Source of the DNA: Eledone cirrhosa
Lineage: Eukaryota
NCBI GenBank assembly: GCA_964016885.1
Contig: OZ024741.1
Span: 7,254,001-7,318,000, forward strand
Length of the DNA: 64,000 bases
Reading direction: 5' to 3'
Position 1 is the first letter of the stretch. The number at the start of each line of letters is the position of its first letter. The translations under genes and the position numbers were made by a program. Below, piece after piece: positions 25,801 through 39,400 of this stretch. The notes under the pieces are model-generated. The model searched no databases. It saw nothing but the letters and a program-made list of their open reading frames with translations, and was not told the DNA's origin.

Positions 25801-27410
25801 GTGGTTAGGGGTGATGGGTTCACAATGGTAAGGCGGGATGTTGTGAAGGTCGGAGGTTTAGTGATTAGGGGTGATGGGTTCACAATGGTAAGGTGGTGTG
25901 TTGTGAAGGTCGGTGATTTAGTGGTTAGGGGTGATGGGTTCACAATGGTAATGTGGTGTGTTGTGAAGGTCGGTAGTTTAGTGGTTAGTGGTGATGGGTT
26001 CACAATGGTATGGTCGTGTGTTGTGAAGGTCGGTTGTTTAGTGGTTAGGGGTGATGGGTTCACAATGGTATGGTCGTGTGTTGTGAAGGTCGGTTGTTTA
26101 GTGGTTAGGTGTGATGGGTTCACAATGGTAAGGTGGTGTGTTGTGAAGGTCGGTGGTTTACTGGTTAGGGCTGATGGCTTCACAATGGTAAGGTGGTGTG
26201 TTGTGAAGGTCGGTGGTTTAGTGGTTAGGGGTGATGGGTTCACAATGGTAAGGTGGTGTGTTGTGAAGGTCGGTGGTTTAGTGGTTAGGGGAGATGGGTT
26301 CACAATAGTGAGGTGGTGTGTTGTGAAGGTCGGTGGTTTTGTGGTTAGGGGTGATGGGTTCACAATGGTAAGGTGGTGTGTTGTGAAGGTCGGTGGTTTA
26401 GTGGTTAGGAGTGATGGGTTCACGATGGTAAGGTGGTGTGCTGTGAAGTCGGTGGTTTAGTGGTTAGGAGTGATGGGTTCACAATAGTAAGGTGGTGTGT
26501 TGTGAAGGTCGGTTGTTTAGTGGTTAGGGCTGATGGCTTCACAATGTTAAGGCCGGATGTTGTGAAGGTCGGTGGTTTAGTGGTTAGGTGTGATGGGTTC
26601 ACAATGGTAAGGTGGTGTGTTGTGAAGGTCGGTGGTTTAGTGGTCAGGTGTGATGGGTTCACAATGGTAAGGTGGTGTGTTGTGAAGGTCGGTGGTTAGT
26701 GGTTAGTGGTGATGGGTTCACAATTGTAAGGTCGTGTGTTGTGAAGGTCGGTGGTTTAGTGGTTAGGAGTGAGGGGTTCAGAATAGTAAGGTGGTGTGTT
26801 GTGAAGGTCGGTGGTTTAGTGGTTAGGGGTGATGGGTTCACAATGGTAAGGTGGTGTGTTGTGAAGGTCGGTGGTTTAGTGGTTAGGGGTGATGGGTTCA
26901 CAATGGTAAGGCGGGATGTTGTGAAGGTCGGGGGTTTAGTGATTAGGGGTGATGGGTTCACAATGGTAAGGTGGTGTGTGGTGAAGGTCGGTGGTTTAGT
27001 GGTTAGGGGTGATGGTTTCACAATGGTAAGGTGGTGTGTTGTGAAGGTCGTTGGTTTAGTGGTTAGGGGTAATGGGTTCACAAAGGTAAGGTGGTATGTT
27101 GTGAAGGTCGGTGGTTTAGTGGTTAGGAGTGATGGGTTCACAATGGTAAGGTGGTGTGTTGTGAAGGTCGGTGGTTTAGTGGTTAAGGGTGATGGGTTCA
27201 CAATGGTAAGGTGGTGTGTTGTGAAGGTCGGTGGTTTAGTGGTTAGGGGTGATGGGTTCACAATGGTAAGGTGGTGTGTTGTGAAGGTCGGTGGTTTAGT
27301 GGTTAGGGTGATGGGTTCACAATGGTAAGGTGGTGTGTTGTGAAGGTCGGTGGTTTAGTGGTTAGGGGTGATGGGTTCACAATGGTAAGGTGGTGTGTTG
27401 TGAAGTTCGG
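19830..27410 (+). repeat. Nested tandem block duplications, periods 2874 and 1914 bp (boundaries approximate)
   Basis: Matching variant series at 20398/23272, 21632/24506/26420 and 21871/24745/26659. Confidence 0.88.
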
Positions 27411-30400
27411 TGGTTTAGTGGTTAGGGGTGATGGGTTCACAATGGTAAGGCGGTCCGTTGTGAAGGTCGGTGGTTTAGTGGTTAGGGGTGATGGGTTCAC
27501 AATGGTAAGGTGGTGTGTTGTGAAGGTCGGTGGTTTAGTGGTTAACGGTGATGGGTTCACAATGGTAAGGTGGTGTGTTGTGAAGGTCGGTGGTTTAGTG
27601 GTTAGGGGTGTTGGGTTCACAATGGTAAGGTGGTGTGTTGTGAAGGTCGGTGGTATAGTGGTTAAGGGTAATGGGTTCACAATGGTAAGGTGGTGTGTTG
27701 TGAAGGTCGGTGGTTTAGTGGTTAGGGGTGATGGGTTCACAATGGTAAGGTGGTGTGTTGTGAAGGTCGGTGGTTTAGTGGTTAGGGGTGATGGGTTCAC
27801 AATGGTAAGGTGGTGTGTTGTGAAGGTCGGTGGTTTAGTGGTTATGAGTGAGGGGTTCAGAATAGTAAGGTGGTGTGTTGTGAAGGTCGATGGTTTAGTG
27901 GTTATGGGTGATGGGTTCACAATGGTAAGGTGGTGTGTTGTGAAGGTCGGTGGTTTAGTGGTTAGGGGAGATGGGTTCACAATAGTGAGGTGGTGTGTTG
28001 TGAAGGTCGGTGGTTTTGTGGTTGGGGGTGATGGGTTCACAATGGTAAGGTGGTGTGTTGTGAAGGTCGGTGGTTTAGTGGTTAGGAGTGATGGGTTCAC
28101 GATGGTAAGGTGGAGTGCTGTGAAGTCGCTGGTTTAGTGGTTAGGAGTGATGGGTTCACAATAGTAAGGTGGTGTGTTGTGAAGGTCGGTTGTTTAGTGG
28201 TTAGGGCTGATGGCTACACAATGGTAAGGTGGTGTGTTGTGAAGGTCGGTGGTTTAGTGGTTAGGGGTGATGGGTTCACAATGGTAAGGTGGTGTGTTGT
28301 GAAGGTCGTTGGTTTAGTGGTTAGGGTGATGGGTTCACAATGGCAAGGTGGTCCGTTGTGAAGGTCGGTGGTTTAGTGGTTAGGGGTGATGGGTTCACAA
28401 TGGTAAGGTGGTGTTTTGTGAAGGTCGGTGGTTTAGTGGTTAGGGGTGATGGGTTCAAAATAGTGAGGTGGTGTCTTGTGAAGGTCGGTGGTTTAGTGGT
28501 TAGGGGAGATGGGTTCACAATCGTAAGGTGGTGTGTTGTGAAGGTCGGTGGTTTAGTGGTTAGGGGAGATGGGTTCACAATCGTAAGGTGGTGTGTTGTA
28601 AAGGTCGGTGGTTTAGTGGTTAGGGGAGATGGGTTCACAATAGTGAGGTGGTGTCTTGTGAAGGTCGGTGGTTTTGTGGTTAGGGGTGATGGGTTCAGAA
28701 TAGTAAGGTGGTGTGTTGTGAAGGTCGGTGGTTTTGTGGTTAGGGGTGATGAGTTCACAATGGTAAGGTGGTGTGTTCTGAAGGTCGGTGGTTTAGAGGT
28801 TAGGGGTGATGGGTTCAGAATAGTAAGGTTGTGTGTTGTGAAGGTCGGTGGTTTAGTGGTTAGGGTTGATGGGTTGACAATGGTAAGGTGGTGTGTTGTG
28901 AAGGTCGGTGGTTTAGTGGTTAGGGGTGATGCGTTGAGAATAGTAAGGTGGTGTGTTGTGAAGGTCGGTGGTTTAGTGGTTAGGGGAGATGGGTTCACAA
29001 TAGTAAGGTGGTGTGTTGTGAAGGTCGGTGGTTTAAAGGTTAGGGGTGATGGGTTCAGAATAGTAAGGAGGTGTGTTGTGAAGTTCGGTGGCTTAGTGCT
29101 TAGGGTTGATGGGTTCACAATGGTATGGTCGTGTGTTGTGAAGGTCGGTGGTTTAGTGGTTAGGGGTGATGGGTTCACAATGGTAAGGTGGTGTGTTGTG
29201 AAGGTCGGTGGTCTAGTGGTTAGGGGTGATGCGTTGAGAATAGTAAGGTGGTCCGTTGTGAAGGTCTGTGGTTTAGTGGTTAGGGGTGATGCGTTCAGAA
29301 TAGTAAGGTGGTGTGTTGTGAAGGTCGGTGGTTTAGTGGTTAGGGGTGATGGGTTCACAATGGTAAGGCGGGATGTTGTGAAGGTCGGAGGTTTAGTGAT
29401 TAGGGGTGATGGGTTCACAATGGTAAGGTGGTGTGTGGTGAAGGTCGGTGGTTTAGTGGTTAGGGGTGATGGGTTCACAATGGTAAGGTGGTGTGTTGTG
29501 AAGGTCGGTGGTTTAGTGGTTAGGGGTGATGGGTTCACAATGGTAAGGCGGGATGTTGTGAAGGTCGGAGGTTTAGTGATTAGGGGTGATGGGTTCACAA
29601 TGGTAAGGTGGTGTGTGGTGAAGGTCGGTGGTTTAGTGGTTAGAGGTGATGGGTTCACAATGGTAAGGTGGTGTGTTGTGAAGGTCGGTGGTTTAGAGGT
29701 TAGGAGTGATGGGTTCACAATAGTAAGGTGGTGTGTTGTGAAGGTCGGTTGTTTAGTGGTTAGGGCTGATGGCTTCACAATGGTAAGGTGGTGTGTTGTG
29801 AAGGTCGGTGGTTTAGTGGTTAGGGTTGATGGGTTCACAATGGTAAGGTGGTCCGTTGTGAAGGTCGGTGGTTTAGTGGTTAGGGGTGATGGGTTCACAA
29901 TGGTAAGGTGGTGTGTTGTGAAGGTCGGTGGTTTAGTGGTTAGGGGTGATGGGTTCACAATGGTAAGGCGGGATGTTGTGAAGGTCGGAGGTTTAGTGAT
30001 TAGGGATGATGGGTTCACAATGGTAAGGTGGTGTGTGGTGAAGGTCGGTGGTTTAGTGGTTAGGGGTGATGGTTTCACAATGGTAAGGTGGTGTGTTGTG
30101 AAGGTCGTTGGTTTAGTGGTTAGGGGTAATGGGTTCACAATGGTAAGGTGGTGTGTTGTGAAGGTCCGTGGTTCAGTGGTTAGGAGTGATGGGTTCACAA
30201 TGGTAAAGTGGTGTGTGGTGAAGGTCGGTGGTTTAGTGGTTAGAGGTGATGGGTTCACAATGGTAAGGTGGTGTGTTGTGAAGGTCGGTGGTTTAGTGGT
30301 TAGGGGTAATGAGTTCACAATGGTAAGATGGTGTGTTGTGAAGGTCGGTAGTTTAGTAGTTAGGGGGGATGGGTTCACAATGGTAAGGTGGTGTGTTGTG

Positions 30401-33400
30401 AAGGTCGGTGGTTTAGTGGTTAGGGGTGATGGGTTCACAATAGTGAGGTGGTGTGTTGTGAAGGTCGGTGGATTTGTGGTTAGGGGTTGGGTTTACAATG
30501 GTAAGGTGGTGTGTTGTGAGGTCGGTGGTTTAGTGGTTAGGAGTGAGGGGTTCACAATAGTAAGGTGGTGTGTTGTGAAGGTCGGTGCTTCAGTGGTTAG
30601 GGGTGATGGGTTCACAATGGTATGGTGTTGTGTTGTGAAAGTCGGTGGTTTAGTGGTTAGGGGTGATGGGTTCAGAATAGTAAGGTGGTGTGTTGTGAAG
30701 GTCGGTGGTTTAGTGGTTAGGGGTGATGGGTTCAAAATAGTGAGGTGGTGTCTTGTGAAGGTCGGTGGTTTAGTGGTAAGGGGAGATGGGTTCACAGTCG
30801 TAAGGTGGTGTGTTGTCAAGATCGGTGGTTTAGTGGTTAGGGGAGATGGGTTAACAATCGTAAGGTGGTGTGTTGTAAAGGTCTGTGGTTTAGTGGTCAG
30901 GGGAGATGGGTTCACAATAGTGAGGTGGTGTCTTGTGAAGGTCGGTGGTTTTGTGGTTAGGGGTGATGGGCTCACAATGGTAAGGCGGTGTGTTGTGAAT
31001 GTCGGTGGTTTAGTGGTTAGGGGTGATGGGTTCAGAATAGTAAGTTGGTGTGTTGTGAAGGTCGGTGGCTTTGTGGTTAGGGGTGATGAGTTCACAATGG
31101 TAAGGTGGTGTGTTCTGAAGGTCGGTGGTTTAGTGGTTAGGGGTGATGGGTTCACAATGGTATGATGGTGTGTTGTGAAGGTCGGTGGTTTAGTGGTTAG
31201 GGGTGATGGGTTCACAATAGTAAAGTGGTGTGTTGTGAAGGTCGGTGGGTTAGTGGTTAGGGGTGATGGGTTGACAATGGAAAGGTGTTGTGTTGTGAAT
31301 ATCGGTGGTTTAGTGGTTAGGGGTGATGGGTTCACAATAGTAAGGTGGTGTGTTGTGAAGGTCGGTGGTTTAGTGGTTAGGGTTGATGGGTTCACAATGG
31401 TAAGGTCGTGTGCTGTGAAGGTCGGTGGTTTATTGGTCAGGAGTGATGGATTCACAATAGTGAGGTGGTGTGTTGTGAAGGTCGGTGGATTTGTGGTTAG
31501 TGGTTGGGTTCACAATGGTAAGGTGGTGTGTTGTCATGTCGGTGGTTTAGTGGTTAGGAGTGAGGGGTTCACAATGGTAAGGTGGTGTGTTGTGAAGGTC
31601 GGTGGTTCAGTGGTTAGGGGTGATGGGTTCACAATGGTAAGGCGGGATGTTGTGAAGGTCGGAGGTTTAGTGATTAGGGGTGATGGGTTCACAATGGTAA
31701 GGTGGTGTGTTGTGAAGGTCGGTGGTTTAGTGGTTAGGGGTGATGGGTTCACAATGGTAAGGTGGTGTGTTGTGAAGGTCGGTGGTTTAGTGGTTAGGGG
31801 TGATGGGTTCACAATGGTAAGGTGGTGTGTTGTGAAGGTCGGTGGTTCAGTGGTTAGGGGTGATGGGTTCACAATGGTAAGGTGGTGTGTTGTGAAGGTC
31901 GGTGGTTTAGTGGTTAGGGGTGATGGGTTCACAATGGTAAGGTGGTGTGTTGTGAAGGTCGGTGGTTCAGTGGTTAGGGGTGATGGGTTCACAATGGTAA
32001 GGTGGTGTGTTGTGAAGGTCGGTGGTTTAGTGGTTAGGGGTGATGGGTTCACAATGGTAAGGTCGTGTGTTGTGAAGGTCGGTGGTTTAGTTGTTAGGGG
32101 TGATTGGTTCACAATGGTAAGGTGGTGTGTTGTGAAGGTCGGTGGTTTAGTGGTTAGGGGTGATGGGTTCACAAAGGTAAGGTGGTGTGTTGTGAAGGTC
32201 GGTGATTTAGTGGTTAGGGGTGATGGGTTCACAATGGTAATGTGGTGTGTTGTGAAGGTCGGTAGTTTAGTGGTTAGTGGTGATGGGTTCACAATGGTAT
32301 GGTCGTGTGTTGTGAAGGTCGGTTGTTTAGTGGTTAGGGGTGATGGGTTCACAATGGTATGGTCGTGTGTTGTGAAGGTCGGTTGTTTAGTGGTTAGGTG
32401 TGATGGGTTCACAATGGTAAGGTGGTGTGTTGTGAAGGTCGGTGGTTTACTGGTTAGGTCTGATGGCTTCACAATGGTAAGGTGGTGTGTTGTGAAGGTC
32501 GGTGGTTTAGTGGTTAGGGGTGATGGGTTCACAATGGTAAGGTGGTGTGTTGTGAAGGTCGGTGGTTTAGTGGTTAGGGGAGATGGGTTCACAATAGTGA
32601 GGTGGTGTGTTGTGAAGGTCGGTGGTTTTGTGGTTAGGGGTGATGGGTTCACAATGGTAAGGTGGTGTGTTGTGAAGGTCGGTGGTTTAGGTTTAGGAGT
32701 GATGGGTTCACGATGGTAAGGTGGTGTGCTGTGAAGTCGGTGGTTTAGTGGTTAGGAGTGATGGGTTCACAATAGTAAGGTGGTGTGTTGTGAAGGTCGG
32801 TTGTTTAGTGGTTAGGGCTGATGGGTTCACAATGGTAAGGCGGTGTGTTGTGAAGGTCGGTGATTTAGTGGTTAGTGGTGATGGGTTCACAATTGTAAGG
32901 TCGTGTGTTGTGAAGGTCGGTGGTTTAGTGGTTAGGAGTGAGGGGTTCAGAATAGTAAGGTGGTGTGTTGTGAAGGTCGGTGGTTTAGTGGTTAGGGGTG
33001 ATGGGTTCACAATGGTAAGGTGGTGTGTTGTGAAGGTCGGTGGTTTAGTGGTTAGGGGTGATGGGTTCACAATGGTAAGGCGGTATGTTGTGAAGGTCGG
33101 GGGTTTAGTGATTAGGGGTGATGGGTTCACAATGGTAAGGTGGTGTGTGGTGAAGGTCGGCGGTTTAGTGGTTAGGGGTGATGGTTTCACAATGGTAAGG
33201 TGGTGTGTTGTGAAGGTCGTTGGTTTAGTGGTTAGGGGTAATGGGTTCACAAAGGTAAGGTGGTATGTTGTGAAGGTCGGTGGTTCAGTGGTTAGGAGTG
33301 ATGGGTTCACAATAGTAAGGTGGTGTGTTGTGAAGGTCGGTTGTTTAGTGGTTAGGGCTGATGGCTTCACAATGGTAAGGTGGTGTGTTGTGAAGGTCGG

Positions 33401-36400
33401 TGGTTTAGTGGTTAGGGGTGATGGGTTCACAATGGTAAGGTGGTGTGTTGTGAAGTTCGGTGGTTTAGTGGTTAGGGGTGATGGGTTCACAATGGTAAGG
33501 CGGTGTGTTGTGAAGGTCGGTGATTTAGTGGTTAGGGGTGATGGGTTCACAATGGTAATGTGGTGTGTTGTGAAGGTCGGTAGTTTAGTGGTTAGTGGTG
33601 ATGGGTTCACAATGGTAAGGTGGTGTGTTGTGAAGGTCGGTGGTTTAGTGGTTAGGAGTGATGGGTTCACGATGGTAAGGTGGTGTGTTGTGAAGGTCGG
33701 TGGTTTAGTGGTTAGGGGTGATGGGTTCACAATGGTAAGGTGGTGTGTTGTGAAGGTCGGTTGTTTAGTGGTTAGGGCTGATGGCTTCACAATGGTAAGG
33801 TGGTGTGTTGTGAAGGTCGGTGGTTAAGTGGTTAGGGGTGATGGGTTCACAATGGTATGGTCGTGTGTTGTGAAGGTCGGTAGTTTAGTGGTTAGGTGTG
33901 ATGGGTTCACAATGGTAAGGTGGTGTGTTGTGAAGGTCGGTTGTTTAGTGGTTAGGGCTGATGGCTTCACAATGGTAAGGTGGTGTGTTGTGAAGGTCGG
34001 TGGTTTAGTGGTTAGGGGTGATGGGTTCACAATGGTATGGTCCTGTGTTGTGAAGGTCGGTTGTTTAGTGGTTAGGTGTGATGGGTTCACAATGGTAAGG
34101 TGGTGTGTTGTGAAGGTCGGTGGTTTAGTGGTTAGGGGTGATGGGTTCACAATGTTAAGGCGGGATGTTGTGAAGGTCGGTGGTTTAGTGGTTAGGTGTG
34201 ATGGGTTCACAATGGTAAGGTGGTGTGTTGTGAAGGTCGGTGGTTTAGTGGTCAGGTGTGATGGGTTCACAATGGTAAGGTGGTGTGTTGTGAAGGTCGG
34301 TGGTTAGTGGTTAGTGGTGATGGGTTCACAATTGTAAGGTGGTGTGTTTTGAAGGTCGGTGGTTTAGTGGTTAGGGGTGATGGGTTCACAATGTTAAGGC
34401 GGGATGTTGTGAAGGTCGGTGGTTTAGTGGTTAAGGGTGATGGGTTAACAATGGTATGGTCGTGTCTTGTGAAGGTCGGTTGTTTAGTGGTCAGGTGTGA
34501 TGGGTTCACAATGGTAAGGTGGTGTGTTGTGAAGGTCGGTGGTTAGTGGTTAGTGGTGATGGGTTCACAATTGTAAGGTCGTGTGTTGTGAAGGTCGGTG
34601 GTTTAGTGGTTAGGAGTGAGGGGTTCAGAATAGTAAGGTGGTGTGTTGTGAAGGTCGATGGTTTAGTATTATGGGTGATGGGTTCACAATGGTAAGGTGG
34701 TGTGTTGTGAAGGTCGGTGGTTTAGTGGTAAGGGGTGATGGGTTCACAATGGTAAGGTGGTGTGTTGTGAAGGTCGGTGGTTTAGTGGTTAGGGGTGATG
34801 GGTTCACAATGGTAGGGTGGTCCGTTGTGAAGGTCGGTGGTTTAGTGGTTAGGGGTGATAGGTTCACAATGGTAAGGTGGTGTGTTGTGAAGGTCGGTGG
34901 TTTAGTGGTTAGGGGTGATGGGTTCACAATGGTAAGGCGGGATGTTGTGAAGGTCGGAGGTTTAGTGATTAGGGGTGATAGGTTCACAATGGTAAGGTGG
35001 TGTGTGGTGAAGGTCGGTGGTTTAGTGGTTAGGGGTGATGGTTTCACAATGGTAAGGTGGTGTGTTGTGAAGGTCGTTGGTTTAGTGGTTAGGGGTAATG
35101 GGTTCACAAAGGTAAGGTGGTATGTTGTGAAGGTCGGTGGTTTAGTGGTTAGGAGTGATGGGTTCACAATGGTAAGGTGGTGTGTTGTGAAGGTCGGTGG
35201 TTTAGTGGTTAAGGGTGATGGGTTCACAATGGTAAGGTGGTGTGTTGTGAAGGTCGGTGGTTTAGTGGTTAGGGGTGATGGGTTCACAATGGTAAGGTGG
35301 TGTGTTGTGAAGGTCGGTGGTTTAGTGGTTAGGGGTGATGGGTTCACAATGGTAAGGTGGTGTGTTGTGAAGTTCGGTGGTTTAGTGGTTAGGGGTGATG
35401 GGTTCACAATGGTAAGGTGGTCCGTTGTGAAGGTCGGTGGTTTAGTGGTTAGGGGTGATGGGTTCACAATGGTAAGGTGGTGTGTTGTGAAGGTCGGTGG
35501 TTTAGTGGTTAAGGGTGATGGGTTCACAATGGTAAGGTGGTGTGTTGTGAAGGTCGGTGGTTTAGTGGTTAGGGGTGATGGGTTCACAATGGTAAGGTGG
35601 TGTGTTGTGAAGGTCGGTGGTTTAGTGGTTATGAGTGAGGGGTTCAGAATAGTAAGGTGGTGTGTTGTGAAGGTCGATGGTTTAGTGGTTATGGGTGATG
35701 GGTTCACAATGGTAAGGTGGTCTGTTGTGAAGGTCGGTGGTTTAGTGGTTAGGGGAGATGGGTTCACAATAGTGAGGTGGTGTGTTGTGAAGGTCGGTGG
35801 TTTTGTGGTTTGGGGTGATGGGTTCACAATGGTAAGGTGGTGTGTTGTGAAATCGCTGGTTTAGTGGTTAGGAGTGATGGGTTCACAATAGTAAGGTGGT
35901 GTTTTGTGAAGGTCGGTTGTTTAGTGGTTAGGGCTGATGGCTTCACAATGGTAAGGTGGTGTGTTGTGAAGGTCGGTGGTTTAGTGGTTAGGGGTGATGG
36001 GTTCACAATGGTAAGGTGGTGTGTTGTGAAGGTCGTTGGTTTAGTGGTTAGGGTGATGGGTTCACAATGGTAAGGTGGTCCGTTGTGAAGGTCGGTGGTT
36101 TAGTGGTTAGGGGTGATGGGTTCACAATGGTAAGGTGGTGTGTTGTGAAGGTCGGTGGTTTAGTGGTTAGGGGTGATGGGTTCACAATGGTAAGGCGGGA
36201 TGTTGTGAAGGTCGGAGGTTTAGTGATTAGGGGTGACGGGTTCACAATGGTAAGGTGGTGTGTGGTGATGGTCGGTGGTTTAGTGGTTAGGGGTGATGGT
36301 TTCACAATGGTAAGGTGGTGTGTTGTGAAGGTCGTTGGTTTAGTGGTTAGGTGTAATGGGTTCACAATGCTAAGGTGGTGTGTTGTGAAGGTCGGTGGTT

Positions 36401-39400
36401 CAGTGGTTAAGAGTGATGGATTCACAATGGTAAGGTGGTATGTGGTGAAGGTCGGTGGTTTAGTGGTTAGAGGTGATGGCTTCACAATGGTAAGTTGGTG
36501 TGTTGTGAAGGTCGGTGGTTTAGTGGTTAGGGGTAATGAGTTCACAATGGTAAGGTGGTGTGTTGTGAAGGTCGGTAGTTTAGTAGTTAGGGGTGATGGG
36601 TTCACAATGGTAAGGTGGTGTGTTGTGAAGGTCGGTGGTTTAGTGGTTAGGGGTGATGGGTACACAATAGTGAGGTGGTGTGTTGTGAAGGTCGGTGGAT
36701 TTGTGGTTAGGGGTTGGGTTCACAATAGTAAGGTGGTGTGTTGTGAAGGTCGGTGGTTTAGTGGTTAGGGGTGATGGGTTCACAATGGTATGGTGTTGTG
36801 TTGTGAAAGTCGGTGGTTTAGTGGTTAGGGGTGATGGGTTCAGAATAGTAAGGTGGTGTGTTGTGAAGGTCGGTGGTTTTGTGGTTAGGGTTGATGGGTT
36901 CACAATGGTAAGGTGGTGTGTTGTGAAGGTCGGTGGTTTAGTTGTTAGGGGTGATGGGTCCACAATAGTAAGGTGGTGTGTTGTGAAGGTCGGTGGTTTA
37001 GTGGTTAGGGCTGATGGGTTCACAATGTTAAGGTGGTGTGTTGCGAAGGTCGGTGGTTTAGTGGTTAGGGGTGATGGGTTCACAACGGTAAGGTGGTGTG
37101 TTGTGAAGGTCGGTGGTTTAGTGGTTAGTAGTGAGAGGTTCAGAATAGTAAGGTGGTGTGTTGTGAAGGTCGATGGTTTAGTGGTTATGGGTGATGGGTT
37201 CACAATGGTAAGGTGGTGTGTTGTGAAGGTCGGTGGTTTAGTGGTAAGGGGTGATGGGTTCACAATGGTAAGGTGGTGTGTTGTGAAGGTCGGTGGTTTA
37301 GTGGTTAGGGGTGATGGGTTCACAATGGTAGGGTGGTCCGTTGTGAAGGTCGGTGGTTTAGTGGTTAGGGGTGATGGGTTCACAATGGTAAGGTGGTGTG
37401 TTGTGAAGGTCGGTGGTTTAGTGGTTAGGGGTGATGGGTTCACAATGGTAAGGCGGGATGTTGTGAAGGTCGGAGGTTTAGTGATTAGGGGTGATGGGTT
37501 CACAATGGTAAGGTGGTGTGTGGTGAAGGTCGGTGGTTTAGTGGTTAGGGGTAATGGGTTCACAATGGTAAGGTGGTGTGTTGTGAAGGTCGGTGGTTTA
37601 GTGGTTAGGAGTGATGGGTTCACAATGGTAAGGTGGTGTGTGGTGAAGGTCGGTGGTTTAGTGGTTAGGGGTAATGAGTTCACAATGGTAAGGTGGTGTG
37701 TTGTGAAGGTCGGTAGTTTAGTAGTTAGGGGTGATGGGTTCACAATGGTAAGGTGGTGTGTTGTGAAGGTCGGTGGTTTAGTGGTTAGGGGTGATGGGTT
37801 CACAATAGTGAGGTGGTGTGTTGTGAAGGTCGGTGGATTTGTGGTTAGGGGTTGGGTTCACAATGGTAAGGTGGTGTGTTGTGAAGTCGGTGGTTTAGTG
37901 GTTAGGAGTGAGGGGTTCACAATAGTAAGGTGGTGTGTTGTGAAGGTCGGTGGTTTAGTGGTTAGGGGTGATGGGTTCAGAATAGTAAGGTGGTGTGTTG
38001 TGAATGTCGGTGGTTTTGTGGTTAGTGTTGATGGGTTCACAATGGTAAGGTGGTGTGTTGTGAAGGTCGGTGGTTTAGTGGTTAGGGGTGATGGGTTCAC
38101 AATAGTAAGGTGGTGTGTTGTGAAGGTCGGTGGTTTAGTGGTTAGGGGAGATGGGTTGACAATAGTAAGGTAGTGTTTTGTGAAGGTCGGTGGTTTAGTG
38201 GTTAGGGGTGATGGGTTCAAAATAGTGAGGTGGTGTCTTGTGAAGGTCGGTGGTTTAGTGGTTAGGGGAGATGGGTTCACAATCGTAAGGTGGTGTGTTG
38301 TAAAGGTCGGTGGTTTAGTGGTTAGGGGAGATGGATTCACAATAGTGAGGTGGTGTTTTGTGAAGGTCGGTGATTTTGTGGTTAGGGGTGATGGGTTCAC
38401 AATGGTAAGGCGGTGTGTTGTGAATGTCGGTGGTTTAGTGGTTAGGGGTGATGGGTTCAGAATAGTAAGGTGGTGTGTTGTGAAGGTCGGTGGTTTTGTG
38501 GTTAGGGGTGATGAGTTCACAATGGTAAGGTGGTGTGTTGTGAAGGTCGGTGGTTTAGTGGTTAGGGGTGATGGGTTCACAATGGTATGATGGTGTGTTG
38601 TGAAGGTCGGTGGTTTAGTGGTTAGGGGTGATGGGTTCAGAATAGTAAGGTGGTGTGTTGTGAAGGTCGGTGGTTTTGTGGTTAGGGGTGATGAGTTCAC
38701 AATGGTAAGGTGGTGTGTTCTGAAGGTCGGTGGTTTAGTGGTTAGGGGTGATGGGTTCACAATGGTATGATGGTGTGTTGTGAAGGTCGGTGGTTTAGTG
38801 GTTAGGGGTGATGGGTTCACAATAGTAAAGTGGTGTGTTGTGAAGGTCGGTGGTTTAGTGGTTAGGGGTGATGGGTTCAGAATAGTAAGGTGGTGTGTTG
38901 TGAAGGTCGGTGGTTTTGTGGTTAGGGGTGATGAGTTCACAATGGTAAGGTGGTGTGTTCTGAAGGTCGGTGGTTTAGTGGTTAGGGGTGATGGGTTCAC
39001 AATGGTATTATGGTGTGTTGTGAAGGTCGGTGGTTTAGTGGTTAGGGGTGATGGGTTCACAATAGTAAAGTGGTGTGTTGTGAAGGTCGGTGGTTTAGTG
39101 GTTAGGGGTGATGGGTTGACAATGGTAAGGTGGTGTGTTGTGAAGGTCGGTGGTTTAGTGGTTAGGGGTGATGGGTTCACAATAGTAAGGTGGTGTGTTG
39201 TGAAGGTCGGTGGTTTAGTGGTTAGGGGTGATGGGTTCACAATGGTAAGACGGGATGTTGTGAAGGTCGGAGGTTTAGTGATTAGGGGTGATGGTTTCAC
39301 AATGGTAAGGTGGTGTGTTGTGAAGGTCGTTGGTTTAGTGGTTAGGGGTAATGGGTTCACAATGGTAAGGCGGTGTGTTGTGAAGGTCGGTGGTTCAGTG

